DNA of 61,010 nt from a virus (IMGVR_UViG_3300008255_000145:1-61010); one strand, 5' to 3'; positions 21,501 through 31,575 are shown, counted from the first letter of the stretch. Numbers and translations: made by a program. The notes: generated by a model from the sequence alone, not told the origin.

Positions 21501-22736
21501 ATCTTCTATTAAGTCTTGGGCTGCCATGGTCTCGCTCATTAAAAATCCGTCTTTTCCAAGAGTGGTAGTTACGTCGCCGAATGCCCCTGTGCCCATAAGT
21601 TTATTAAAATATCCAATGAACTTATCATCAGCATATAAACCCTGTATCTTTTGTAGATTAGTCCCTGCTATATTTGCATTTGGTTTTGCAAATCTAACTG
21701 TTCTATTCTGAGTTTGTCTCAGGGGGTTGCCGCCGGCTTTTGTATCCCAAAAATTTGGCCCCAATATTTTAGCCTGTTCCTCATAACTAGATCCTATAAT
21801 ATGCGCTCTTGGATTTATTATTCCACCTATACCCATAACTTCATCTTTTAATAATGCAAAGGGATTAATTTTAAATCCAGCTTTAGCTGCACTAATAGAG
21901 TCATATTTTAGGTAATTGTCTGCTAACTGGTTTACATATGCAACCACTGTTTTATTGTGCGCTTTTTCTGTGACAAACTTGTTTTTATTATCAAATAAGA
22001 TTGGCATAATAACATTAGACCATGTTTTCCTTGATTGACTTCTTGCACTCATGCCCTCATGTAGGTGGGCGGCCATTGATTGCATTGCAGTACCTGCATC
22101 TATAGAGGCTTGTTCATATGAACTGACATTGCCATAAATTTTCTTTAATACATTAATCCTTGCCATATTGAAATTCATAGCCTGATCTAACATAGAGAAT
22201 GCATTTTTGCCACCCATTATTTCTTGAACCTGTGCAGTACCAAAAAACTTAGGTGCATATAAATTACGACCACCAGGCATATTCATTACACCTGCCTTAT
22301 TAACATACCCACCTAAAGAAACTCTTCTACCACCTAGTGTGGTATTAATATCTACTACCTTTCCACCAATAACATCTATATTAATATGTGTACCCTTTTT
22401 ACCATGATCATTTACTAATCCAGCTATACCTTCTAAAAAGTTAGTATCCTTATTCATTATAGTCTTTTTTATAATTCCATTAGGATCTAACAATTCAGTA
22501 GCTGTAACTGATATCGTTTTCCTTTTATCAAATAAGCCAGACAATGCATTGGAATTAGTAACATATTTCTTTCCTGCATTTTCTACAGATGGTGCCAATA
22601 TTTTTTCTGATGCATAGGCATTTCGTCTTCTTTGTAATTCTTTATATCCATAATATCCGACGGCACCGGTAACACCAAATGTTCCAACTGAACCTACTAT
22701 ACTACTTCCATCTTGATCGCTAAATAATATTCCCAT
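18525..22736 (-). CDS. Candidate virion-packaged single-chain two-barrel (double-psi beta-barrel) RNA polymerase (1403 aa)
   Basis: Motifs in RNAP order: D396-GFLMSE (cf. RpoB DSILVSE); K551-FWGSFG-K558 (cf. RpoB KMAGRHGNKG); R970-AP; MAANQITEFLGLL-DQDKD(1028-1032)-PWSAI, which aligns without gaps to RpoC [23 protein letters not shown]. Confidence 0.65.
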   Translation of the reverse strand: MGILFSDQDGSSIVGSVGTFGVTGAVGYYGYKELQRRRNAYASEKILAPSVENAGKKYVTNSNALSGLFDKRKTISVTATELLDPNGIIKKTIMNKDTNFLEGIAGLVNDHGKKGTHINIDVIGGKVVDINTTLGGRRVSLGGYVNKAGVMNMPGGRNLYAPKFFGTAQVQEIMGGKNAFSMLDQAMNFNMARINVLKKIYGNVSSYEQASIDAGTAMQSMAAHLHEGMSARSQSRKTWSNVIMPILFDNKNKFVTEKAHNKTVVAYVNQLADNYLKYDSISAAKAGFKINPFALLKDEVMGIGGIINPRAHIIGSSYEEQAKILGPNFWDTKAGGNPLRQTQNRTVRFAKPNANIAGTNLQKIQGLYADDKFIGYFNKLMGTGAFGDVTTTLGKDGFLMSETMAAQDLIEDASKNIQLSFKGKGVALTHEANLMIADAMLQSSGGKYMSVKGKRKTARKLALMMSEAGNEGIRDQVYKDFAARVSKPGGMTLKGIQMSGLTRKKGKIALTYNPMSKGEINSNTIIKRITATEDGIRIHGESIFKFAESNKFWGSFGKLEGAGIVNTKMSAAATIYGMNNNINEQQMFKILTGPQNNRQYREIMKIHNSFDKDLELLITGAPPHRKNEPLARMNKPINDSIFGGANLYESYISADTTQANHGIGIGQVSINNIQKRRLMSAGFIDAAKELNIGSEANTAFIKNVTQQILPVIANNISGPSYGFKLENLVDEDINIFFGGDVDAARKRATDMANQGLDNKLLNKSVAKDTVFYIDLGSGQSNNYRNIPLALFDSKYTSATNQYDLEGSIDILGEYNAANKDFIQNLRAGKHEAILANKALRANLAVGLIEQAAFKIDHLHPNSSSRVYVGPQGFDIQMLESLDKKHGGKVQSMLAERYGVSIEELKTKSFTGYNSAVIDEKLAYTDMYKTELASYKESTGISNLSSEQLSEFNNQTRQKLIKKGLFEAGGRAPYYGAESFTVSKVLDMEDMADQLNKIAGVNKYDRTWIAGMNDKMAANQITEFLGLLDQDKDPWSAITISREEARLATSRQWKDYKSPLLEFFSESNKGGLKGGDVFKNMTKGLVPNQIANVSQQGISEFYNVTMPYSRSINPYVGDVFQDSEHFKASTKSAIMEHYVSTLPERAIGSKSPIAQDQLEEIYNIFDVKKNNIEEARDLFKKHLTMKNLEGHDIMAEMSDMEIENYLKGGRKYYAENPILVDLMTKKATTRDSAATLHNFLGNLPKDYNIMEPGAEQLLRNRASTGAMREIAISSGDSLMNITKKIKDNKGLLIAGSALLAGAFLLQSPDNNIKNQEAREESRIKNKRTYENGINPPTGIVSKAVGGARYALTGELGPGMSAGDVQGAVGGGGSQYVINQSNSINSRYLAELQDDNKQNNWNYGG

Positions 22737-22745
22737 AATAATACC

Positions 22746-25700
22746 TTAATTCCATTGACTGCGAGTTATCCAGCCATCTTCTCTCATTTTTCTTTTGATC
22801 TCATCTCTATCATTGGTTCTGAGATTGACATATCTTCCTGGATTTATATTTGATGGTAATGCCGAAGAACTTCCGAACATACCGCTATCTACTAATTGTT
22901 GATCTATTTGACTAGACATATGCATAAGTGATTGATTATTATTAAACATTGGACCAGCATCCATTCTACTATCTAATACTGCAGATGCCATTTCATCCTT
23001 ATGCCATAATTCATACTTCCTTACATTTTCACCCATTTTATTAACTACTTTAGTTTTGAATGCATTAAGATTTACACCTGGTGCATATGATACGTGATCA
23101 TTATCTGGTAGTTCATTAGGTGCAACTTGATAATCTACAGAAGCTCCTATTGATGGACCTGTTGGTGTATAGTTCTCAGGTAATACATTTTTTTGTCTTT
23201 TCTTCCATTGTGCCTTTAATACATTCTGTATATCTGGAGATACATATTTAAGTGCATCTGCATCTGGACTGCGTAACATTCCTCTTATATAACTTCTTTT
23301 ATTCATAGAATAAGCACTTGCCACTTCATTTGCATCCGCATCTACTTTAACATCAAATATTGTTTTCTTAACAGCACTTCTATAATATTTTGCAACTTCT
23401 GAAGATCCAGAATCTTCTGCGAATCTAGCTTGTTTCTCTAAATTGTCATTCTTTTTATTTTGTAATGCTTGAAAATACATTTCTGTTTCATACTTCCTAG
23501 TAGCAGATCGTGGAATATAAGGGGTCATTGAGAATGTATTAATTGTTTTATTTAATGATGGGATAACGTAATCACTTATAGGACTACTCCAATCTTTAAA
23601 TGTTGAATCTAATACCATCTTATCTCTATATTCGGTTGCAGCATCTACAGGTCCAGCAAACTTATGGACTGGAGATATGGGATATAAGTTTTCTGTAGGG
23701 AGAGCGCGCCCTATTTTCTTCATAGCTAAATAATATGCTCCTAATGGACCTCTACCATTATCAAACTGTTTACCTTCTCTTATAATATCGCGTTGTCTCA
23801 TTATCTCACCAAGCATATCTATTGCTCCTTGATTAAGGTCTCCTCTTGCTTGTTGGTTTTTAACTGCCATAAGAGTTTGTTCAAACTGAGAACTATCAGG
23901 TGATACATCATTTAATATATTTAATCTATGTATTTGGTCATAATTTTCAAAGGCTACACCATCCATTTCTGGGTGTAGTGCCGCATACCCTGTACCAGGG
24001 AGTCTTATGTCTCCCATTTGTATTTTGGCATATGGGTCACCAGTTTTAAATTTATCTGGCATCCAAGATGGTTGAGTATTTTGTAGATTACTACTAATAT
24101 ATTCAGTACCATAATCTCTATGGTAATTCATTCTACGATAAGCCTCATTGGCACCAAACATATCACCAAGATCACTATCCCAATATTGTCTATTAACACT
24201 AGTAATATCTGCGGATGTTGAATATTGAGCCATTGGTTGGAATGGATGTTTAACTCCAGTCATTTTGCTCATAACAGCTCCACCAAGGAATCCATGAAAA
24301 CCTGCCGCGTCTTGTAGCGATGCATAAAGATTGTATGCAGAAGACTGTGGTCCACCAGGGGTAACTGGGTCTGGGGAGAATGCCGCAGGATTCACCTCTT
24401 CAAATGAACCATAACCACCAGCACTTCCTGGACTTGGGATAGGATTAGGTTCAGAGGTGCCGGAATATCTCCCTTCTGGATGCGCTAATGTAGTAGGTTT
24501 CATTAATTGTTTTAATGGATTTAATACTTGTTCTACAAATCCTAAACCATAATCTTGTGGACCCCAATATGCATATGGACGATCTTTATCTAATTTCTTT
24601 TCTAATGCATATGGATCAAGCAATCTTTCTAATGGCTGCCTTAGTGGATTATCTATATATTCTTGTGGCATCCTGCCTTTCCAATCAGCTTGAGTAAGTG
24701 CCCTAACTGACCAGTGTGGGGCAAACATTTTTGTATCTCCACCTTCAAAGGCTTCTAATCCAAATGTCCAGAATCTACCACGTTTAATTTCTACCTTACG
24801 TTTGCCGTCATAGGTATCTCTTAATTCTTTACTACTATCTTTAGAGCCAAGTTTACCAAGAAGAGTAGGTATTGTTGCCGCGACACCTATGGCCGCACCT
24901 ATCATACCAAACATTCCCTTTCTACCCATCTTAGATAGCTCAAATGCACTACTAAATTTCCTAGCATTTCCACCCATAGATTCCATACTAGTAGCAACAA
25001 ACTTCTGCCACGGTAAAGCATCTGCTCCACGTACCGCATTATGTTTACCAGCAATATCCATCATAGAACCTAATGTAAGTCCTGCTATTCCAAAGCTAGT
25101 TGGGAAAGCTAATGTGGATAACAAAGAAGTAGAACCCGGTGCCTGATATTCTTGAAATTTACTAAGAGTAGTTAATCCAGTAATATCACTAAAAACACCA
25201 TAGGCCTGTGTGGCATCCTGATAAGCCTTGCCTGCTATTCCCGGTATTCCAGTTCCAGCAACTGTATTATTTAGAAATGGTAGAGTTCTTAATAATGCAT
25301 TGATACCAAATATGCCTGCAGTAACAGCAGCTATTCTAGGGAAACCGGTTTTAAGATGTTTCTTAGCTATACCAAGCATATCAAGGTTTCGCATATTACT
25401 ACGACCACCAACGCCAAATATATTCCTAAGACCAAGTTTATTTAATGTACTGCTTCCAGAATCTAAGAATCTAGTTAATCTACCGGATTTACTTGTACCT
25501 GCTTCTATTAATGAATTAGTAAATTCAAATGGATCATCTAATAATCTCATCAAGTTTTCAGCTACATTAGTACCATATGCATTAACAGCATTTTTTGTAG
25601 CAGCAAATCTCGTCTTACCACCTATAATATAGGCTGGTTGTTTTGCTGTACCTAATCCAAATATACCATGTGAAGACTTAATATATCTAGGAGTAAATGC

Positions 25701-26273
25701 GGCATCTCTACCATATCTGTCAAGAACTCCATCAAAAGAAGTTCCAGGCATTACTCTACCAAATCCTATAGGAGTTTTACCATCTATGCCACGACCTTGA
25801 TAAATGGCACCCTTTTTAATAGTAAGTCCTTTGGCGAGTATTTCATCAGACATATTAAGATTTAGTATATTCTCTAAATATCCTCTTTGACCCTCTATCT
25901 CAGAACCTGACATAAAGATTTCTTGTTGTCTTAATATTTTAGAACCGAAGATAGTAGATGCAGATATTGCCCTAGGAAACTTTAGTAATACTTCTTCACT
26001 GCCGCGTATTGCATTCCACATTACTTCTTGTATAGTGGCAATGCTATTAGCAGATTCTTTTGTCCAACTTCCGTTGAACATAGAATAGCCCTGAAGATAT
26101 TTAAGGTTTCCCCTTTTAATGCCAGTTCCGGCAATTCCAGCTTTCTGTTGTATTAATTTATCAAATACAAACTTCTTACCAAAATAACCACCAACAACAA
26201 TAGGGGCCACTCTACCTAAATTCGAAGGGTCCCTATCATCTGTTACATTATATATGTTGGATTTATCTATCAT
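22746..26273 (-). CDS. Tape-measure or ejection protein candidate (1175 aa)
   Basis: Follows two tail chaperone-like genes. Gly/Ala-rich with several hydrophobic helices. Confidence 0.55.
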   Translation of the reverse strand: MIDKSNIYNVTDDRDPSNLGRVAPIVVGGYFGKKFVFDKLIQQKAGIAGTGIKRGNLKYLQGYSMFNGSWTKESANSIATIQEVMWNAIRGSEEVLLKFPRAISASTIFGSKILRQQEIFMSGSEIEGQRGYLENILNLNMSDEILAKGLTIKKGAIYQGRGIDGKTPIGFGRVMPGTSFDGVLDRYGRDAAFTPRYIKSSHGIFGLGTAKQPAYIIGGKTRFAATKNAVNAYGTNVAENLMRLLDDPFEFTNSLIEAGTSKSGRLTRFLDSGSSTLNKLGLRNIFGVGGRSNMRNLDMLGIAKKHLKTGFPRIAAVTAGIFGINALLRTLPFLNNTVAGTGIPGIAGKAYQDATQAYGVFSDITGLTTLSKFQEYQAPGSTSLLSTLAFPTSFGIAGLTLGSMMDIAGKHNAVRGADALPWQKFVATSMESMGGNARKFSSAFELSKMGRKGMFGMIGAAIGVAATIPTLLGKLGSKDSSKELRDTYDGKRKVEIKRGRFWTFGLEAFEGGDTKMFAPHWSVRALTQADWKGRMPQEYIDNPLRQPLERLLDPYALEKKLDKDRPYAYWGPQDYGLGFVEQVLNPLKQLMKPTTLAHPEGRYSGTSEPNPIPSPGSAGGYGSFEEVNPAAFSPDPVTPGGPQSSAYNLYASLQDAAGFHGFLGGAVMSKMTGVKHPFQPMAQYSTSADITSVNRQYWDSDLGDMFGANEAYRRMNYHRDYGTEYISSNLQNTQPSWMPDKFKTGDPYAKIQMGDIRLPGTGYAALHPEMDGVAFENYDQIHRLNILNDVSPDSSQFEQTLMAVKNQQARGDLNQGAIDMLGEIMRQRDIIREGKQFDNGRGPLGAYYLAMKKIGRALPTENLYPISPVHKFAGPVDAATEYRDKMVLDSTFKDWSSPISDYVIPSLNKTINTFSMTPYIPRSATRKYETEMYFQALQNKKNDNLEKQARFAEDSGSSEVAKYYRSAVKKTIFDVKVDADANEVASAYSMNKRSYIRGMLRSPDADALKYVSPDIQNVLKAQWKKRQKNVLPENYTPTGPSIGASVDYQVAPNELPDNDHVSYAPGVNLNAFKTKVVNKMGENVRKYELWHKDEMASAVLDSRMDAGPMFNNNQSLMHMSSQIDQQLVDSGMFGSSSALPSNINPGRYVNLRTNDRDEIKRKMREDGWITRSQWN

Positions 26274-26833
26274 TAGCTCTTATCTAATTGTAATGGAAGT
26301 TCTGGAACACGTCCTGTTAATACCATTTCAGCTTGTGCAAACATCGATAATAATTCATTCCATGTTTTTTCTTTCTTTAGTGTATCTATATCTAGGTGGT
26401 ATGTTGTTGATAATAATGACAATATTATACCTATTAGATCTTGTTCTTGAGTATATCTTGCTATGTTTAAGTGATGTTCTAATTCTTCTAATGAATGTGG
26501 CGATGATACAGATAAGATAGCCGAAGATATAGATGAGATGGCGCCCGCCGATATCATGTCTAATAATTCTTCGTATGTAGCAAGACCTTCTTCATTAGGA
26601 TCTGCACCATTCAAATAAAATAAACCAGCCTTTATATCAACAAATTGTATAACATATTTCTTAAATATAAAGTCTTCTGCATTTGCAACTTGTGTAGGAT
26701 ATGTATTGATGAATTCGCTATATGAAATATGTTCACTTAGTTTCATAGAGCGGAAAATGGCGGATATGCCATCTCCCAACTCTAATAAAAAAACATCCTC
26801 ATTACCTATTTTAGCTTCTAATATATGAAGCAT
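26273..26833 (-). CDS. Putative tail assembly chaperone (186 aa)
   Basis: Position; acidic and helical; similar layout to the upstream chaperone (IFRSMKLSE..AGAISSIS). Confidence 0.55.
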   Translation of the reverse strand: MLHILEAKIGNEDVFLLELGDGISAIFRSMKLSEHISYSEFINTYPTQVANAEDFIFKKYVIQFVDIKAGLFYLNGADPNEEGLATYEELLDMISAGAISSISSAILSVSSPHSLEELEHHLNIARYTQEQDLIGIILSLLSTTYHLDIDTLKKEKTWNELLSMFAQAEMVLTGRVPELPLQLDKS

Positions 26834-26838
26834 GATGA

Positions 26839-27342
26839 TTACAGTTTAATGATAGAACGAGCTATATGTTCTTCTGGTAGAAAATTAGAAACCAATCTAA
26901 TAGCTAAAGCTACTGCATCTATAGTTCCTGCGCCTAATCGTTGTTTTAATTGTTGATCAACCTTAGGATATAATACATGTTTATTAAAGATTTGTTCATT
27001 GATTTGTTCTTCTGTTGCATTAGATAAATCACCACCAAATGAATTTAATATAGCTTTCCATTCTGGTCTAGCCATATATCTATAAATATAGGTTTCACTA
27101 TCATCAATACGGAATACAAATACTTTACCAAAGTACATATCTTTCCAATCTAGAATTTGTTCTTTAGTTACGCCGACTTCTTTATTTAAGAGTTTATAGA
27201 CTTCTTCCATTTCTTTATTCTCTTCAACCCTAACCCCTTCTTTTACTTCATCTACAATTTCAGTTTCCATTGCTTCTTTAGCTTGATTGTTTTTATCAAT
27301 TGCATTAAGTTCATCTGCGAATGAATTTGTTTGTTTCTTCAT
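26839..27342 (-). CDS. Putative tail assembly chaperone (167 aa)
   Basis: EQILDWK..YIYRYMARPEW..VLYP..AGTIDAVA pattern; follows the tube genes; RBS AAGGAG. Confidence 0.65.
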   Translation of the reverse strand: MKKQTNSFADELNAIDKNNQAKEAMETEIVDEVKEGVRVEENKEMEEVYKLLNKEVGVTKEQILDWKDMYFGKVFVFRIDDSETYIYRYMARPEWKAILNSFGGDLSNATEEQINEQIFNKHVLYPKVDQQLKQRLGAGTIDAVALAIRLVSNFLPEEHIARSIIKL

Positions 27343-27374
27343 TTTGTTTCTCCTTGCTGTTTGCTTGTTATTAA

Positions 27375-27986
27375 TTATATTACTGTTTTTGCCATAAAGG
27401 CGTATGAGTCTTTTATTACTCCTTGTTCTACTGAACGTACCCTAGATAATGCATCTACAAATACGTCTTTAATTATTATTAATTGTTTATCTTCATTATT
27501 TAAAATAGATGGTATCCTATCATTAACAGAGAATCTACTATTGTCAACTATTTTTATATCAAATGGTAAAGCAACCATTTCTGGTCTAACTCCATCAAGT
27601 ATTGAATTATTTGATACATTGGCATCTTGATTATTATAATTTCTATATATATTAAGTTCTTCATTTGTCATAGTTACGAAATTACGTAAAACCCTATCTT
27701 GTGAATATGCATTCTTAGATTCTTCACTCGACTTTTCTATTTCTATTGCATTTGGATATATTAATGACGTAAAATAACTATTAGCTAGATAGTTGACTAT
27801 AAGACGACCGGATACTTGAACTCTACTATTTGATACTGTATCAAAATGCATAGATCTGTATCCAAAGAATGGTATGTGCTGTGAGCTGTATTGAAAATCT
27901 ATAGATGCTATTTCATTGCTAATATGATCATTGAAATATATTTGTGTTTGTGCACTAGAGTAATATGTTTTATGTTCATAAATCAT
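27375..27986 (-). CDS. Tail-tube-like protein (tube initiator/baseplate paralogue)
   Basis: YYSSAQTQIYF..IPFFGYRS..VSGRLIVN..LPFDIKI parallels the tube protein. Confidence 0.65.
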   Translation of the reverse strand: MIYEHKTYYSSAQTQIYFNDHISNEIASIDFQYSSQHIPFFGYRSMHFDTVSNSRVQVSGRLIVNYLANSYFTSLIYPNAIEIEKSSEESKNAYSQDRVLRNFVTMTNEELNIYRNYNNQDANVSNNSILDGVRPEMVALPFDIKIVDNSRFSVNDRIPSILNNEDKQLIIIKDVFVDALSRVRSVEQGVIKDSYAFMAKTVI

Positions 27987-28612
27987 AAGAAATAATCCTT
28001 CATTTTTTTGAATGCAGCATCTGCTATTGTATATTCTGTTTCTAGGAATGATTTAACTAATATGCTTTCATTAATACTTCCTTGTCTCATTGGTAATATA
28101 GCAGTGGCAAAATAGTTTACTGAATTTTCTGTTATTAAATCATGTATAGACATTACCTGTCCTTCGTTTACAAATTCTACTCCAAATATTCCAATTCTTG
28201 CAGCATCTCCCGCTTCATTTGTAAAGTCTAAAAATATATCTAATGGAGGCAGTTGATCTATTCTTATAGGATTAATACCATTTTCTTTTGAGCGAATTGC
28301 CTTAAATACATTGTCTAATATATGAGTTTTAACTACAGTAAATATAGCAGTGCCGGCAACTACTGCCTGTCCCTTCACCATTCCACTTGCCGTATCTCTA
28401 CCAATAGCCCTAGCATGATCTGTATCCCTATGAATAGAGTAACTAAATGTCTGTATATTATTTATCTCTATTATTTTATTGGCACCATCTGCAAGCCATT
28501 TAGTTGGTATAACTGCAGTAATATTAATATCTGCACCAGAAAATGACATTCCTGAAGGCAGAGGTGTAAGTGAATTTTGAATAAAATCATATTTTTCTGT
28601 ATCATATAACAT
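27983..28612 (-). CDS. Tail-tube-like protein (tube paralogue)
   Basis: FSGADI..IQTFSYS..VAGTAIFT..DQLPPLDI..NEAG..IFGVEFVNEGQVMSI is clearly similar to 28780..29412. Confidence 0.75.
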   Translation of the reverse strand: MLYDTEKYDFIQNSLTPLPSGMSFSGADINITAVIPTKWLADGANKIIEINNIQTFSYSIHRDTDHARAIGRDTASGMVKGQAVVAGTAIFTVVKTHILDNVFKAIRSKENGINPIRIDQLPPLDIFLDFTNEAGDAARIGIFGVEFVNEGQVMSIHDLITENSVNYFATAILPMRQGSINESILVKSFLETEYTIADAAFKKMKDYFL

Positions 28613-28677
28613 ATTATTACTCTTTTATTATTTATTAGCTATATACTATTTACTAAATATCTCAACTCGAATCAATA

Positions 28678-28715
28678 CAATAAAAGCCCCAATCCATTTA
28701 CATGAATTGGGGCTT
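28678..28715 (-). terminator. Intrinsic terminator after the tail tube gene
   Basis: On the minus strand, a 10-bp stem AAGCCCCAAT/ATTGGGGCTT runs into a U-tract. Confidence 0.75.
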
Positions 28716-28779
28716 AAGCAAGGAGGGAGTTATATTAATAATGTGACCACAGAGTGATCACAGAATACAATTTAGTTAT

Positions 28780-29412
28780 TTATCTTTCTTCTGATGTAAC
28801 ACCACCAATAGTTACCATTCTTGATAACTCTCTAGCAACAAATGAATATTGTGTATCAAGGCTAATATCTTCTATAGATATTCCACTTCCTTCGTTAAGT
28901 ATCTCTACTCCGAATAAGCTTTTTCTAGCTTGTTTACCATATTCGTTGTTGTATGCTATGTGAATGTCAAATGGCAATACTTGATCTGCATATTGTGCAC
29001 TTTTTTTATCTCTAAACTGAGAACTAGTTGAAGTTCCACCAGTTGTATCTTGTCCAGAAATTGCAGCATTAAATGCCGCAAAGGCATCAGTAGTAGTAAG
29101 TCCTGTAGAATTAGCATTTAATATACTATCATCAGTAGCGCGAATATCATGTTTACTAATCCACATTTGATCTTTATTAGCTTTATTGGCATATGTCATA
29201 AATGCTTCTTTATCAAGGTTAGTAAATGCAAGTTGTCCTGCAATTGCTCGAATGCCTCTTCCGTATGCTATAGGATCTGCAGAACCATTCATCACATGAA
29301 TTGGTCCCTTAGCCCTACTTGTACTCCAAGAGATACTCTGTAATGTTCCCAACTCAGTCGTTCCAATTGACGCTATAATATCAGCGCCAGAGAATGTTGA
29401 ATATTTTTCCAT
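28780..29412 (-). CDS. Major tail tube protein
   Basis: Follows the sheath. FSGADI..LQSISWS..GRGIRAIAGQLAF..DQVLPFDI..NEYG..GVEILNEG; strong RBS and its own terminator. Confidence 0.85.
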   Translation of the reverse strand: MEKYSTFSGADIIASIGTTELGTLQSISWSTSRAKGPIHVMNGSADPIAYGRGIRAIAGQLAFTNLDKEAFMTYANKANKDQMWISKHDIRATDDSILNANSTGLTTTDAFAAFNAAISGQDTTGGTSTSSQFRDKKSAQYADQVLPFDIHIAYNNEYGKQARKSLFGVEILNEGSGISIEDISLDTQYSFVARELSRMVTIGGVTSEER

Positions 29413-29423
29413 TATTTATCTCC

Positions 29424-31508
29424 TTATTTTTGTAATAATACGTAAGTTGTTATTCTTCTCAATTCACCAGGAACTTTAAGAATTAAACGACACACAGCTC
29501 CACCATCAATTCTTTGTTGTGCTGTTTGAACTACAGTAGCAGTTCCAGCAATCAAGTATTGCGATGCACCAGGTGTCTGTAATGCTTTCAATCCACTAAT
29601 AATGTCTTCTTGTAGATTAGATATTGATGATGGGCTTGTTAGCGAACCTAGATATGGCTCGGCAATAGATCTTACTACATCTATAACTCCTTGAACCACT
29701 CTAACAGAAAATCTACTTTTATAATCACTAGTTACTAATGATGCAGTTGGTGAATCTACTACTTTTGTAATTCCATTTTGGTCTACTGAGAAAGCTACTG
29801 TTCTTGCTTCTATTAATTGGTCTAAATATTTCTTAGCAAAAGGATATGCCGCGCGAAACGTGCCGCTTGGTAATGCCTTACGCATTAAAGGAACATTCTT
29901 TTCATATTTACCTAATAGTCCAGCATAAACTGCAGCACCATCTGTAATCTCTCCGTTTCCAGATACAAATACAGTATTTGATAAGATTGGAGTAGAAACT
30001 ACATCTATCAAATAACCAATATCCATAGGAAGATTAGTTTGAGCACTTATTAATGCAACACCACCATAAAGGTCGTTAGCTGTTGCAAAAATACCAGGTG
30101 ATTGACCAACAGAACCGGCAACAAGTTTATTTCCAAGAACTCCGCTTCCAGATCGAGTAATCGTTCCGTCAGCATCTTTAATTGGAAGTTTTCCTAACCA
30201 TGACATAACCGATGACTTAGAAAGAGATGTAAATGGTTTAAAACCAATACAGCCAGATGTTTCGTTGTCGTTCGCAGAAAGGTCATAACAATATGTTGCT
30301 AATTGTTGTGCAAAGTTTATTTCTGAAAATGTTAAATCGTTTTCTAGTGCAGTTTCATAATCTGAACCAGCATTTTGAATTTCATCAAATGTATGCGTTT
30401 TTTCTAACCATGCGGCTGCTTCCCATCCATCAATACCTAACTCATATGGAGCAGGAACAGAATCGGCAACAGTTGCACTTGCGTTAGCAAAGACCATGTG
30501 TATTTGACCAAGTGTTTCAAATTTATATGCCTTACCAAGATGTGTTAATGCACTTTGTGCGCTGAATACACCTTCATTATCAATTACATTAGGGCTGTCA
30601 ATATAGACTTCATTAGGAACCACAACATCTACTTGCGCAGATTCTAAATCCCAATATGCTCTTTGAAGTGCCAAATATGTCTGGTTAGGTGTCATGTCAA
30701 GACCATCTGCTTTATCAATAAGTCTAGCAATAATTTCAGCATCAACAGCACTTGCTAAATCTGTAATATTTGTGAATGCAGTTAAAGCACCTGTAGTAGC
30801 ATTAACAGTATGAGATGGATATATTAACTGTTTAGTTGCAACAGTAGTAACATAAGATACTAAATAATATACAGCACCATATTTTACAATTTGTCCAGCT
30901 TTAAATGCTGTAGAGGCAAGGTCTGTTTCAAAATATATAGCCAATGCGTCATTAGAAGCTTTTACAGCAGTATGAATTGTTTGTCCAGCTAGTGTAACGA
31001 ATGAAGCTAATGTAGGCGAACTCGCCCACGATGTTCCAGTATCACCAACAGTTTTAGCAGCAATTTGAGAACCAGATACAGTAACACCAGATGTTCTAGT
31101 ACCATTAACAAGGTCATATAAAACGACTCCTGTTGTAGCATCATATATTGTAAGCTTGCCATCAGCCATATATACCTTATAGTCAGCAGGATCACCATCA
31201 ACTATAATTGTATAGCCATTAAAGAAATCTAGAGCAGCAGGTGATGCACCTATTCTGTATAGAGCAACATGTTTAGCTCCAGCCTGTAATGCTTCATACA
31301 TTCCTTTTAACAAAGTACCAGTTTTGGCATTGTCAGGATCATATAAAGTTTGAGCCTCTTGACTATCAGTGATTAACTTCATGCCATAAGGACCATCAGG
31401 AGCTGTACCTAAGATAAGAGTGACATCTCCGGCTACTGTATTAAGAAAGGCGTAGTTGCCATCCTCTTTGTAGACGTAATGACCAGGAAGGTTTGTGAAT
31501 TCACTCAT
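29424..31508 (-). CDS. Contractile tail sheath protein (694 aa)
   Basis: N-terminal LPGHYV..LILGTAPDGP, C-terminal SVRVV..VRSIAEPYLG..VPGELRRI; RBS AAGGAG. Confidence 0.9.
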   Translation of the reverse strand: MSEFTNLPGHYVYKEDGNYAFLNTVAGDVTLILGTAPDGPYGMKLITDSQEAQTLYDPDNAKTGTLLKGMYEALQAGAKHVALYRIGASPAALDFFNGYTIIVDGDPADYKVYMADGKLTIYDATTGVVLYDLVNGTRTSGVTVSGSQIAAKTVGDTGTSWASSPTLASFVTLAGQTIHTAVKASNDALAIYFETDLASTAFKAGQIVKYGAVYYLVSYVTTVATKQLIYPSHTVNATTGALTAFTNITDLASAVDAEIIARLIDKADGLDMTPNQTYLALQRAYWDLESAQVDVVVPNEVYIDSPNVIDNEGVFSAQSALTHLGKAYKFETLGQIHMVFANASATVADSVPAPYELGIDGWEAAAWLEKTHTFDEIQNAGSDYETALENDLTFSEINFAQQLATYCYDLSANDNETSGCIGFKPFTSLSKSSVMSWLGKLPIKDADGTITRSGSGVLGNKLVAGSVGQSPGIFATANDLYGGVALISAQTNLPMDIGYLIDVVSTPILSNTVFVSGNGEITDGAAVYAGLLGKYEKNVPLMRKALPSGTFRAAYPFAKKYLDQLIEARTVAFSVDQNGITKVVDSPTASLVTSDYKSRFSVRVVQGVIDVVRSIAEPYLGSLTSPSSISNLQEDIISGLKALQTPGASQYLIAGTATVVQTAQQRIDGGAVCRLILKVPGELRRITTYVLLQK

Positions 31509-31575
31509 TTTATTCTCCTTTAAATTAATTAATTATTTATTTATTTGTCAAGACAATGCGATTTGTCGTTTTGTA

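Noticed and set aside
26273-27342. Programmed frameshift between the tail chaperone genes
   Set aside because: No clear slippery heptamer near the first stop, and the second gene has its own start codon.
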